DNA of 64,000 nucleotides from Candidatus Micrarchaeia archaeon (GCA_049976305.1 JBMFIM010000001.1:25712-89711); one strand, 5' to 3'. Shown: positions 48,198 through 55,622, numbered from the stretch's first letter. Notes: a model not told the origin generated them from the letters alone. Translations and numbers: made by a program.

Positions 48198-49526
48198 ATG
48201 GTGGCAAAAACGAAAGTGCTCATTCTTGGCGCTGCTGGAAGGGATTTCCATGTCTTCAACACCCTGTTCAGGGACGACCCAAATTATGAAGTTGTCGGGT
48301 TTACAGCAGCACAAATACCGTTCATAAGCAATAGGCTGTATCCAAAGGAGCTTAGCGGCAAACTTTATCCAAACGGAATAAAAATATATGACGAAAAAGA
48401 TCTGCCTAGGCTCATAAAAGAGCTCGGCGCTGATGTATGCATACTTGCATATAGCGACCTAAGCAACGATACGGTGATGGAAAAAGCAAGTATGGCGAAC
48501 GCAAACGGCGCAGATTTTTGGCTTATTGCGCCGGAGCGAACGATGCTGAAATCAAACAAGCCAGTAATAGCTGTATGTGGAGTAAGAACTGGTGTGGGGA
48601 AAAGCCCTACAAGCAGGTATGTTGCAAAGCTACTTAGAAGTTTGGGTAAGAAGGTGGTGATAATAAGGCATCCTATGCCATATGGCGACCTAGCAAAGCA
48701 AAAAGTGCAAAGGTTTGCTGAAATAAAAGACCTTGACAAATACAAGACAACTATAGAAGAGAGGGAAGATTATGAGCCTCATATACTAAACAGGTTTATT
48801 GTCTATGCTGGTGTGGATTATGCAGAGATATTGAAGAATGCAGAGAAAGAAGCAGATATAATATTATGGGATGGCGGCAACAATGACACTCCTTTCATAA
48901 AGCCGGATCTGATGATAACTGTCGCAGACCCACTCCGCGCAGGCCATGAGCTTACTTACTATCCAGGGCAAACAGCAGCGAGGATGGCAGACGTTTTGCT
49001 AGTGAATAAAATAAACTCTGCAAGCAAAGAAGATGTAGAAAGAGTTGTAGCAGATTTAAAGAAAATAAACAACAAGGCAAAGATTTTGCTTTCAGAATCA
49101 GTAGTAACACCAGACAATCCAAACATAATAAAAGGCAAGCGGGTGCTTCTTGTAGAGGATGGGCCTACAATAACCCATGGTGGAATGACGTTCGGTGCTG
49201 CAACTGTGGCGGCAAAAGAATATGGAGCTAAAGAGATAGTTGATGCAAAGCAATATGCTGTTGGGATAATAAAGCAGGTTTATGAGCAGTATCCGCACCT
49301 TGGAAAGGAGCTCCCGGCAGTAGGCTATAGCGACAAGGAAATAAGAGATTTAGAAGCGACAATTAACAAAGCTGATTGTGATGTTGTAATTTCTGCAACG
49401 CCCACGAACCTAAGACACGTAATTAATGTAGACAAGCCAATAGTTCAGGTAAGCTATGAGATAAAACCAATGAGCGATGAACTCGACACAATAATAAAAG
49501 AATTTATAAATAAAGGCAAAAAATAA
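48198..49526 (+). CDS. COG2403-family P-loop protein (annotated elsewhere as predicted GTPase / cyclic 2,3-diphosphoglycerate synthetase-like)
   Basis: It carries VLILGAAGRDFHVFN and the P-loop-like VCGVRTGVGKSPTS, and is about 440 aa. The family is recalled from memory, not searched. Confidence 0.45.
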   Translation: MVAKTKVLILGAAGRDFHVFNTLFRDDPNYEVVGFTAAQIPFISNRLYPKELSGKLYPNGIKIYDEKDLPRLIKELGADVCILAYSDLSNDTVMEKASMANANGADFWLIAPERTMLKSNKPVIAVCGVRTGVGKSPTSRYVAKLLRSLGKKVVIIRHPMPYGDLAKQKVQRFAEIKDLDKYKTTIEEREDYEPHILNRFIVYAGVDYAEILKNAEKEADIILWDGGNNDTPFIKPDLMITVADPLRAGHELTYYPGQTAARMADVLLVNKINSASKEDVERVVADLKKINNKAKILLSESVVTPDNPNIIKGKRVLLVEDGPTITHGGMTFGAATVAAKEYGAKEIVDAKQYAVGIIKQVYEQYPHLGKELPAVGYSDKEIRDLEATINKADCDVVISATPTNLRHVINVDKPIVQVSYEIKPMSDELDTIIKEFINKGKK

Positions 49527-49532
49527 TATTGT

Positions 49533-49606
49533 GGGCCTGTAACTCAGCTTGGTAGAGTGACTGGCTCTTAACCAGTAAGTCGTGGGTCCGAATCCCACCA
49601 GGCCCG
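49533..49606 (+). tRNA. tRNA-Lys (CUU)
   Basis: It folds as GGGCCTG-TA-ACTC-AGCTTGGTA-GAGT-G-ACTGG-CTCTTAA-CCAGT-AAGTC-GTGGG-TCCGAAT-CCCAC-CAGGCCC-G. The T-loop reads UCC instead of UUC. The gene starts 6 nt after the upstream stop codon. Confidence 0.9.
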
Positions 49607-49658
49607 CTTGAAATTTACAAAATCACAAAAACAATAAGTACTGGGTTAAACTTTAGAT

Positions 49659-50405
49659 ATGTTTATATATCTCAGAAGCGAAAATAATATTGGTGATTTT
49701 TTGAAAGGCAGGGCAGCAGGTAAGAATAAGAATAATGCTCATTCTAAAAAGGTGAAAAAGCAGGGAAACAAGGTTAATGCTGCTAAAACTAGCCATAAGA
49801 AGGCCCAGGCAAAAACTAAAATAGGCGTTGAAGCTAGGAAAAAGGCTAAAGAGCTAGAAAAAGAGAAGCTAGAAAGGCAGCAGAAAAAGGAGCAGGCTAG
49901 GAAGGTGCTTGAGGCAATAAACACCGTACTTGCAAACGACGCTTTTGTAGAGTACATACACACAAATGTTGGCAGATACGGCGTTGAAGTGATGAAGAGG
50001 CTCACAGTTCCAAAGACTGACGACGCGCTCGCAAACGAGCTCAGCGTTAAGGTCAACGAAGTGAGGCGTGTGCTAAACCTGCTTAGCGGCTACGGCATAA
50101 CAAAATATGACACTGAAAAAGACTCTAAAGGCTGGCTGACATTTCACTGGTATGTTGATGCAGACAAGTTGCTTGAATTCAATAACAACATAAGTGCAAA
50201 GAAGGAAGAAGTGCTGATAGGCCTGCCTGAAGATTGTGATGATTTCTTTGTGTGTGAGAAATGTTTTGACTATAACAAAGTTGTTCTACCTTTTGACGTT
50301 GCGTTTGAGCATTCTTTCAAATGCCCTGATTGCGGCAAACCTTTGAAAAGGTTAAGCAAAGAAGAAGCTAAGTCACTACTTCTTGAAAAAGAAAAAGTTA
50401 TTTAA
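49659..50405 (+). CDS. tfe: Transcription factor E (TFE alpha) with ~90-aa K-rich N-terminal extension
   Basis: It has a wHTH (DDALANELSVKVNEVRRVLNLLSGYGI..GWLTFHWYVD) and a Zn ribbon (CEKC...CPDCG). No internal start codon is available before the wHTH. Confidence 0.8.
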   Translation: MFIYLRSENNIGDFLKGRAAGKNKNNAHSKKVKKQGNKVNAAKTSHKKAQAKTKIGVEARKKAKELEKEKLERQQKKEQARKVLEAINTVLANDAFVEYIHTNVGRYGVEVMKRLTVPKTDDALANELSVKVNEVRRVLNLLSGYGITKYDTEKDSKGWLTFHWYVDADKLLEFNNNISAKKEEVLIGLPEDCDDFFVCEKCFDYNKVVLPFDVAFEHSFKCPDCGKPLKRLSKEEAKSLLLEKEKVI

Positions 50406-50429
50406 TTGAAAGGGCAAATTAAACAATAA

Positions 50430-50504
50430 AGCGAGGTGGGGTAGTTTGGAGTACCCGCTGGGCTCATAACCCAGAGATCGGTGGTTCAAATCCACCCCTC
50501 GCTA
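50430..50504 (+). tRNA. Initiator tRNA-Met (CAU)
   Basis: It folds as AGCGAGG-TG-GGGT-AGTTTGGAGT-ACCC-G-CTGGG-CTCATAA-CCCAG-AGATC-GGTGG-TTCAAAT-CCACC-CCTCGCT-A. The A1:U72 pair and three G:C pairs closing the anticodon stem are archaeal initiator features. Confidence 0.85.
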
Positions 50505-50516
50505 TACAGAGTTGAG

Positions 50517-50609
50517 TGCCACTAATCTTTCCTTATTTTTACTTATTTTATTTTTCTTTGTTATTCAACTTTATTATAAAAATAGAAAATGAACTGTTGA
50601 TTAGTGGCA
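50517..50609. repeat. 11-bp perfect inverted repeat (TGCCACTAATC / GATTAGTGGCA) flanking a 71-nt ~80% AT spacer between convergent tRNA genes
   Basis: The arms lie at 50517..50527 and 50599..50609. The spacer has oligo-T runs on both strands, consistent with archaeal termination signals. Confidence 0.6.
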
Positions 50610-50634
50610 TTCTACTCTTACTAAACACCAGAAT

Positions 50635-50707
50635 TAGCTCCAGCCAGATTCGAACTGGCGTCTGCGGGTCCAGAGCCCGCCATCCTTGACCTCTAGACGA
50701 TGGAGCT
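50635..50707 (-). tRNA. tRNA-Gln (CUG)
   Basis: Minus strand folds as AGCTCCA-TC-GTCT-AGAGGTCAA-GGAT-G-GCGGG-CTCTGGA-CCCGC-AGAC-GCCAG-TTCGAAT-CTGGC-TGGAGCT-A. It has an A1:U72 pair. Confidence 0.85.
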
Positions 50708-50763
50708 TCTTTTATATTAATGTTGTTAATAAATAAATATCCAACTTACTTTGGTTAGGTTAA

Positions 50764-51453
50764 ATGTTTGCAAGAGAACATATTGGACTTAGCAGGGAAA
50801 TTAAAGATTTACTAATCGCCGATCTAGTCTTGACTTTAGCTTTTGATTTTGTTTTCAATGGAGGCATAGAAAGCGCACCTGAAATTGGCGCTTTGGCTTT
50901 TTTCTTTCCTATTGCGTTAGTTGCAGTGACTTTTTCTTTTGTTTTACACGAATACATGCACAAAGTAGTTGCTGAGCACTACGGAGCGGTAGCTGCCTTT
51001 AGAAAATCAGATACTGGATTGATTATTACACTGCTTACTAGTATGTTTGGCTTTTTGATAGGTTTGCCAGGTGCTACTGTGATCTACACCAGCTATTTCA
51101 CAAAAAAAGAAGATGCATATGTCTCTCTTGCAGGACCGCTTACCAACTTTGCAGTTTTCATAGCTTTCTTCGCACTGAGTCTCCTAGTGCCTGTACATAG
51201 CTACCTTTACCAAATGTTCTTCTACACTATGCTGATAAGTATAATCTTGGCCTTTTTCAACATGCTGCCAATATTCCCTCTTGATGGAAGCAAAGTGTTT
51301 AGGTGGAACAAATTAGTCTATTTTGCAATAATGGCTGTTATCTTTGCATTGCTGCTTCTCATATTTCCAACACCTTGGCTAATAGGCGATCTTGTAATAA
51401 TGTTTGTGCTGGCCTTCATAATGAGCATGTTTACTAGGGCGGTTCTTTTCTAG
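50764..51453 (+). CDS. M50 family (site-2 protease-like) membrane metalloprotease
   Basis: It has the HExxH motif (LHEYMHKVVA) and the NMLPIFPLDGSKV motif, in a polytopic protein. Confidence 0.85.
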   Translation: MFAREHIGLSREIKDLLIADLVLTLAFDFVFNGGIESAPEIGALAFFFPIALVAVTFSFVLHEYMHKVVAEHYGAVAAFRKSDTGLIITLLTSMFGFLIGLPGATVIYTSYFTKKEDAYVSLAGPLTNFAVFIAFFALSLLVPVHSYLYQMFFYTMLISIILAFFNMLPIFPLDGSKVFRWNKLVYFAIMAVIFALLLLIFPTPWLIGDLVIMFVLAFIMSMFTRAVLF

Positions 51454-52016
51454 GTCTTTTCCAAATATTCGACTAGCTTTTCCACGTCCTTTTTGAGGTT
51501 TGCTTTGGTGCTTGTGTTGAATATTACCAAATCTGCATGGTCTATGAGGCTTTGCAAGCCATGTGCAGGGTCCCTTTTTCCAGAGAACCCGTTTAGCTCC
51601 ATGTTTTCTATTCTTTTGAATTCTTCAAAAGTTTTAGGATCATCTGGCTTGTTTCTCTTCTTTATTCTCTCAAATCTCGTTCTTTCAGGCGCAACAACCG
51701 CCAAAACCAAGAAGTCTTTGATCTTGCTTCTGAAATATTCCTCTTCGTACGTACTTCTCATGCCGGTTATTGCCACATTCCCATTTTCCCTCTTTACTTT
51801 TTCATAGGTAAGCCTAGCTACAACATCATTCCCTTCTTCCTCTCTAAGCTTTGTAGCAAACTCCCTTATGCTTTTTGAATTTACCTCTAGGCCCCTTTTC
51901 TTCATCTCCTCTACTACAGCATCCCTCATTTCTACGATCTTGAATCCTTTTTCATGTAAGATCTCCGCTACTGTGCTTTTTCCAGAACCGGTATAGCCCG
52001 TTATGCCGATTATCAA
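51450..52016 (-). CDS. UPF0200-type P-loop nucleotide kinase (adenylate/dephospho-CoA kinase-like)
   Basis: It begins IIGITGYTGSGKSTVAEIL and resembles archaeal UPF0200 in overall shape. AGGTGGG + 3 nt precedes the TTG start. Confidence 0.6.
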   Translation of the reverse strand: MIIGITGYTGSGKSTVAEILHEKGFKIVEMRDAVVEEMKKRGLEVNSKSIREFATKLREEEGNDVVARLTYEKVKRENGNVAITGMRSTYEEEYFRSKIKDFLVLAVVAPERTRFERIKKRNKPDDPKTFEEFKRIENMELNGFSGKRDPAHGLQSLIDHADLVIFNTSTKANLKKDVEKLVEYLEKT

Positions 52017-52024
52017 ATTCCCAC

Positions 52025-52363
52025 CTATCTTATTTTGCTCCCCGGCCTGACTTCTTTGTTTGGCGTAAGTAAAGATATTATTCCATCATCCTCAGCAGCA
52101 AGCAGCATACCTTGCGATTCTACACCAGCAACATTCTTTGGCTTAAGGTTTGCGACGCAAACAATAAGCTTGCCAACAAGCTCTTCTTCACCATATTGCT
52201 CTCTTATTCCAGCGACTATCGTTCTTGTTCCAAGCTCTTCACCAAGGTCTACTGTAATTATGTACATCGGCTTCTTTGCCTGGTGATGAGGCTCAACCTT
52301 TACAATCTTGCCAACCCGCAGGTCTGCCTTTTTAAATTCTTCTATGTCAATAATGTCAGTTAT
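52025..52363 (-). CDS. tRNA-binding OB-fold protein (Trbp111/CsaA/EMAP-II-like)
   Basis: The track ORF (52025..52267) starts at MYIITVDLGEE. The same frame upstream encodes TDIIDIEEFKKADLRVGKIVKVEPHHQAKKP, which is the conserved first strands of the domain. There is no ATG/GTG/TTG in that stretch. AGGTGG + TTTT precedes the in-frame ATA at 52363 (see finding). Confidence 0.75.
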   Translation of the reverse strand: MTDIIDIEEFKKADLRVGKIVKVEPHHQAKKPMYIITVDLGEELGTRTIVAGIREQYGEEELVGKLIVCVANLKPKNVAGVESQGMLLAAEDDGIISLLTPNKEVRPGSKIR

Positions 52364-52387
52364 AAAACCACCTAATATGTGTTATTC

Positions 52388-52939
52388 ATGAGGCTTTTTA
52401 TAGGAATCGATGTGCCTGAAGAAGTAAAAGAAAAGGCAGAGCTCCTTGAGCAAGAAATAAAATCTTTGCAGGGATCTTTCACTTTTGTAAAAAAAGAAGC
52501 CATGCACATAACCCTCAACTTCATAGGGGAAGTCGATGAGCAAAAGACACAGGCAGCAGTAAAAGCCTTGAGCAGCATTTCAATAGCCAAGTTTCAGGTT
52601 TCTTTTGAGGGCGTTTCCTATTTCTCGCCAAGGTTCATAAAAGTCGTCTATCTGGGAATAAGCAAAGGAGTACAGGAACTGAAAAATGCCTTTTCAATTA
52701 TAGGAAACGCGCTTGCAGAAGCAGGTGTGCCATACGAGCACGACCTTCCTTACGTCCCGCATTTTACCATAGCTAGGGTGAAATACATAAAAGACAGGAC
52801 CCCACTTCTCAATCTTATCGAGAAGCACAAGGGCGAAAAATTTGGAGACTTCGAAGTAGAAGCCATAGCGCTAAAGAAAAGCACCCTTACCCCTGACGGG
52901 CCTGTGTATGAAAACTTGCACGAACTCAAACTTTTGTAG
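52388..52939 (+). CDS. thpR: 2H phosphoesterase, LigT/ThpR family (RNA 2',3'-cyclic phosphodiesterase / 2'-5' RNA ligase)
   Basis: It begins MRLFIGIDVP and has two HxT/S motifs (HITLNF and HFTIARV). The ORF opens at 52379. Confidence 0.85.
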   Translation: MRLFIGIDVPEEVKEKAELLEQEIKSLQGSFTFVKKEAMHITLNFIGEVDEQKTQAAVKALSSISIAKFQVSFEGVSYFSPRFIKVVYLGISKGVQELKNAFSIIGNALAEAGVPYEHDLPYVPHFTIARVKYIKDRTPLLNLIEKHKGEKFGDFEVEAIALKKSTLTPDGPVYENLHELKLL

Positions 52940-53531
52940 GGTGGGCGACTAAGCTTTGAAACTGCTCTAAGCTTGTCTGCGTAGTGAGCTCGCCAGGCTT
53001 GTAGAAGCGGTCATAAATGAGAACATCATTGCTAGAGCCGGTCTTAGCATCTATTGCTATGTGCCTTGTCTCGTTTCCAAAAAGATCCAGTTCAACGAGC
53101 TTGACGTTTGGCTTGAGAGCGGTATACGCAAGCTCTATGTTCGCAAGCAAGTCAGTGCCATAGCCTTCTCTGAGGTTCTGCATACCTATTGCTCTAAGCT
53201 CTAAATTTGGCTTTTTAAGCTTTTTGATAAAGTTGTAAAGAAGTTTTTTCATATCTTCCTGTTTTATTGCTCTAAAGGCGAAAACATGGCCTGAGTTGAC
53301 ATCATAAATGCTTATTAGGAGGTCGTAGTCTAAAGACTTCGCAAGCACATACCTTTTTTCTGCATACTCCACCATGGCGCTTTGCCCGTATCCTATTTCT
53401 ACAAAGTTGGCTCTAAGCGAGGAGAGAGAAATGTGCGGTCTCTCTGCAGAGGCAATCCTTATCTGTGCGTTTCCAAATCCCTGCCGTTTTGCATCAAGGT
53501 AGGCTTTGAAGAAGTCCACGCTACCACACAT
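52926..53531 (-). CDS. Hypothetical protein
   Basis: This 201-aa ORF has no motif I recognise. Its 3' end overlaps thpR by 14 nt. Confidence 0.4.
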   Translation of the reverse strand: MCGSVDFFKAYLDAKRQGFGNAQIRIASAERPHISLSSLRANFVEIGYGQSAMVEYAEKRYVLAKSLDYDLLISIYDVNSGHVFAFRAIKQEDMKKLLYNFIKKLKKPNLELRAIGMQNLREGYGTDLLANIELAYTALKPNVKLVELDLFGNETRHIAIDAKTGSSNDVLIYDRFYKPGELTTQTSLEQFQSLVAHPTKV

Positions 53532-53582
53532 TTTTATATATCTTCGGTTAATTTAATATTTGACTGCTTTTGAGTTGATGCT

Positions 53583-54155
53583 ATGCAAATTAAGTTTTTA
53601 GAGAACAGCCCCTTTGCAGTGAGGTTTACTATTAGTGGCATAAACGCTGCGTTTGCGAACGCAATAAGAAGGATAGCCATGGGAAGTGTGCCCACTTTTG
53701 CCATAGACACAGTTACCTTTTACGAGAATACAAGCGCAATGTTTGACGAATATATAGCTCACAGGATAGGCCTTATACCTATCATAACGCCTTCGAAGGG
53801 TTATGACGAAAAGGACAAGATACTGTTCTCGCTAGAGGCAGAAGGCCCTAAGACTGTTTATTCAAGCGAGCTAAAGAGCGAGGACAAGAAAGTAAAGGTT
53901 GCCAATGAGAAAATTCCAATCATAAAGCTTGCAGAAGGCCAGCACATACGGCTGGAAGGCACAGCAGTCATGGGCACAGGCTCAAAACATGCAAAGTTTC
54001 AGCCAGGCTACATTACCTACAAGCAGCTCGGTGATGACGAGTTTGAGTTTTACATAGAAACTTTTGGCCAGATGCCTGCAGGCGAAATACTTGAGAAAGC
54101 ACTGGCTGTGCTTGAAAAGCAGCTTAGCATTACCGAAGACGCGCTTAAAAAATAG
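53583..54155 (+). CDS. rpoD: DNA-directed RNA polymerase subunit D (Rpo3), short form
   Basis: It carries FANAIRRIAMGSVPTFAIDTVTFYENTSAMFDEYIAHRIGLIPI. At 190 aa it has no cysteine-rich Fe-S domain. Confidence 0.88.
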   Translation: MQIKFLENSPFAVRFTISGINAAFANAIRRIAMGSVPTFAIDTVTFYENTSAMFDEYIAHRIGLIPIITPSKGYDEKDKILFSLEAEGPKTVYSSELKSEDKKVKVANEKIPIIKLAEGQHIRLEGTAVMGTGSKHAKFQPGYITYKQLGDDEFEFYIETFGQMPAGEILEKALAVLEKQLSITEDALKK

Positions 54156-54254
54156 GCGGGGGTGGCAGAGCTTGGCCAAATGCGCAGGACTGAGGTCTTG
54201 CCGCAGAACTCCTGTGGTTTAGAACCTGCGTGAGTTCAAATCTCACCCCCCGCA
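54156..54254 (+). tRNA. tRNA-Leu (GAG), type II, with 13-nt intron at 37/38 (54196..54208)
   Basis: It folds as GCGGGGG-TG-GCA-GAGCTTGGCCAAA-TGC-G-CAGGA-CTGAGG[TCTTGCCGCAGAA]C-TCCTG-T-GGTT-TAG-AACC-TGC-GTGAG-TTCAAAT-CTCAC-CCCCCGC-A. Its first base directly follows the rpoD stop codon. Confidence 0.85.
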
Positions 54255-54349
54255 ATTTATTGATCTAGAAGCAACTTTCGCTTAAGGCTGAAAGCGTAAC
54301 AGTTATAAATAAATGCTAACAGAAATAATAACTACATCGTGGCAATTAA

Positions 54350-54781
54350 ATGGCCGAGTATATAATAGATTGTGATTCAAAGATCCTGGGAAGGCTTGCG
54401 AGTAAGGTAGCCAAGATGCTGCTCAATGGCGACAGCGTAGTCTTGGTAAACGCAGAAAAAGCAGTGATAAGCGGCCATGCAGATGATATTATAAAGAATT
54501 ACAAGCAGAAGGTAGAGTTTAAGGACAAGGCAAATCCCGAGCACTCGCCTTATATCTCAAGGAGGCCTGATCTTTTAGTAAAGAGGGTAATTAGAGGAAT
54601 GTTGCCTTTCAAGAAAACTAAAGGAAAGCTAGCTTATAAGAGGCTCAAAGTTTTCATGGGCTTGCCTAAGCAATATCAGAGCAAGCAATTATATTCCTTG
54701 CCTGTAAAAACAAAAAAGGACGTGATTGAGAAAAGCATAAGCATTCTGGAGCTTTCCAGAAAGCTAGGATACAATAGGTGA
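54350..54781 (+). CDS. rpl13: Ribosomal protein uL13
   Basis: It carries IIDCDSKILGRLAS and GMLPFKKTKGK, and sits in the rpoD-L13-S9-rpoN context. Confidence 0.9.
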   Translation: MAEYIIDCDSKILGRLASKVAKMLLNGDSVVLVNAEKAVISGHADDIIKNYKQKVEFKDKANPEHSPYISRRPDLLVKRVIRGMLPFKKTKGKLAYKRLKVFMGLPKQYQSKQLYSLPVKTKKDVIEKSISILELSRKLGYNR

Positions 54782-54785
54782 AAAA

Positions 54786-55265
54786 ATGGCCGAAGAGCAG
54801 CAGGCTCCAGTTCAGGAAGAGAAGCCATTGCAGCAGAAGGCTAAGAAGAAAGTGAAGAAAAAAGTAGTGACAGCTCATGCAAGAAGAAAAGAAGCTAGGG
54901 CTAGGGCAAGGCTTGTCCCGGGATCGGGCAGGCTTACAATAAATGGAAAAGATGTTAACGCAATAGAAAACAAGTACCTGAGGGCGATTGTGCTAGAGCC
55001 TATAAACCTTTCTAAAATAACCAAGGAAATTGCAAAGAGCTCAGATATTGAAGTGAGTGTTAGAGGGGGAGGCATAAGCGGGCAGATGCAGGCAGCGAGG
55101 AGTGCAATAGCAAAAGTCATAGTAAATGCAAGCAAGGATGAAGTAGTAAAGAAGATCTACGCTACTTATGACAGAAGCCTCATTATAGACGATGTTAGGC
55201 AGGTCGAGCCTAAGAAGTTCAAAGGGCCTAAGGCGAGGGCTAGGTTCCAGAAGTCTTATAGGTGA
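54786..55265 (+). CDS. rps9: Ribosomal protein uS9
   Basis: It carries [19 protein letters not shown] and a C-terminal [17 protein letters not shown]. Confidence 0.92.
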   Translation: MAEEQQAPVQEEKPLQQKAKKKVKKKVVTAHARRKEARARARLVPGSGRLTINGKDVNAIENKYLRAIVLEPINLSKITKEIAKSSDIEVSVRGGGISGQMQAARSAIAKVIVNASKDEVVKKIYATYDRSLIIDDVRQVEPKKFKGPKARARFQKSYR

Positions 55266-55269
55266 TACT

Positions 55270-55470
55270 ATGATGATACCGGTGAGATGCTTTTCATGCG
55301 GCCAAGTAATAGCAGACAAATGGGAGGAGTTTGACAGGCGTGTTCACAAGAATGGCGAAGATGCCGGAAAGGTGCTTGACGAGCTAGGGGTAAAAAGGTA
55401 CTGCTGCAGAAGGATGCTTATAAGCCATGTGGACTTGATAGACGAGATAATAGAGTATACGCGTAAGTGA
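55270..55470 (+). CDS. rpoN: RNA polymerase subunit N (Rpo10)
   Basis: It carries [14 protein letters not shown]...[13 protein letters not shown] + 4 nt precedes the ATG at 55270, and the track ORF start at 55192 lies inside rps9. Confidence 0.9.
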   Translation: MMIPVRCFSCGQVIADKWEEFDRRVHKNGEDAGKVLDELGVKRYCCRRMLISHVDLIDEIIEYTRK

Positions 55471-55528
55471 AAACGAAAAGCATTTATGAATAAATGGGTT
55501 AATATGTTAGGCCAGGTTAGTGCTTTGC

Positions 55529-55614
55529 GGGGTCGTCTGCTAGCCTGGTAGGCTCTGCGCTTAGGGAGCGCATGACCCGAGAAAAATTCGGGAATTCAAA
55601 TCTCGGCGACCCCG
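55529..55614 (+). tRNA. tRNA-Pro with A34 anticodon (AGG) and a 13-nt intron at 53/54 (55582..55594)
   Basis: It folds as GGGGTCG-TC-TGCT-AGCCTGGTA-GGCT-C-TGCGC-TTAGGGA-GCGCA-TGAC-CCGAG[AAAAATTCGGGAA]TTCAAAT-CTCGG-CGACCCC-G. The D-stem has a U10.U25 mismatch, and G37 is present as in Pro tRNAs. The mature length is 73 nt. Confidence 0.65.
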
Positions 55615-55622
55615 GTGATTTA

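Noticed and set aside
50505-50634. Replication origin call for the IR/AT-rich element
   Set aside because: There is no adjacent orc1/cdc6, only one repeat pair, and no match to ORB consensus as remembered. A bidirectional tRNA terminator explains it adequately, so it is reported only as a low-interest observation.
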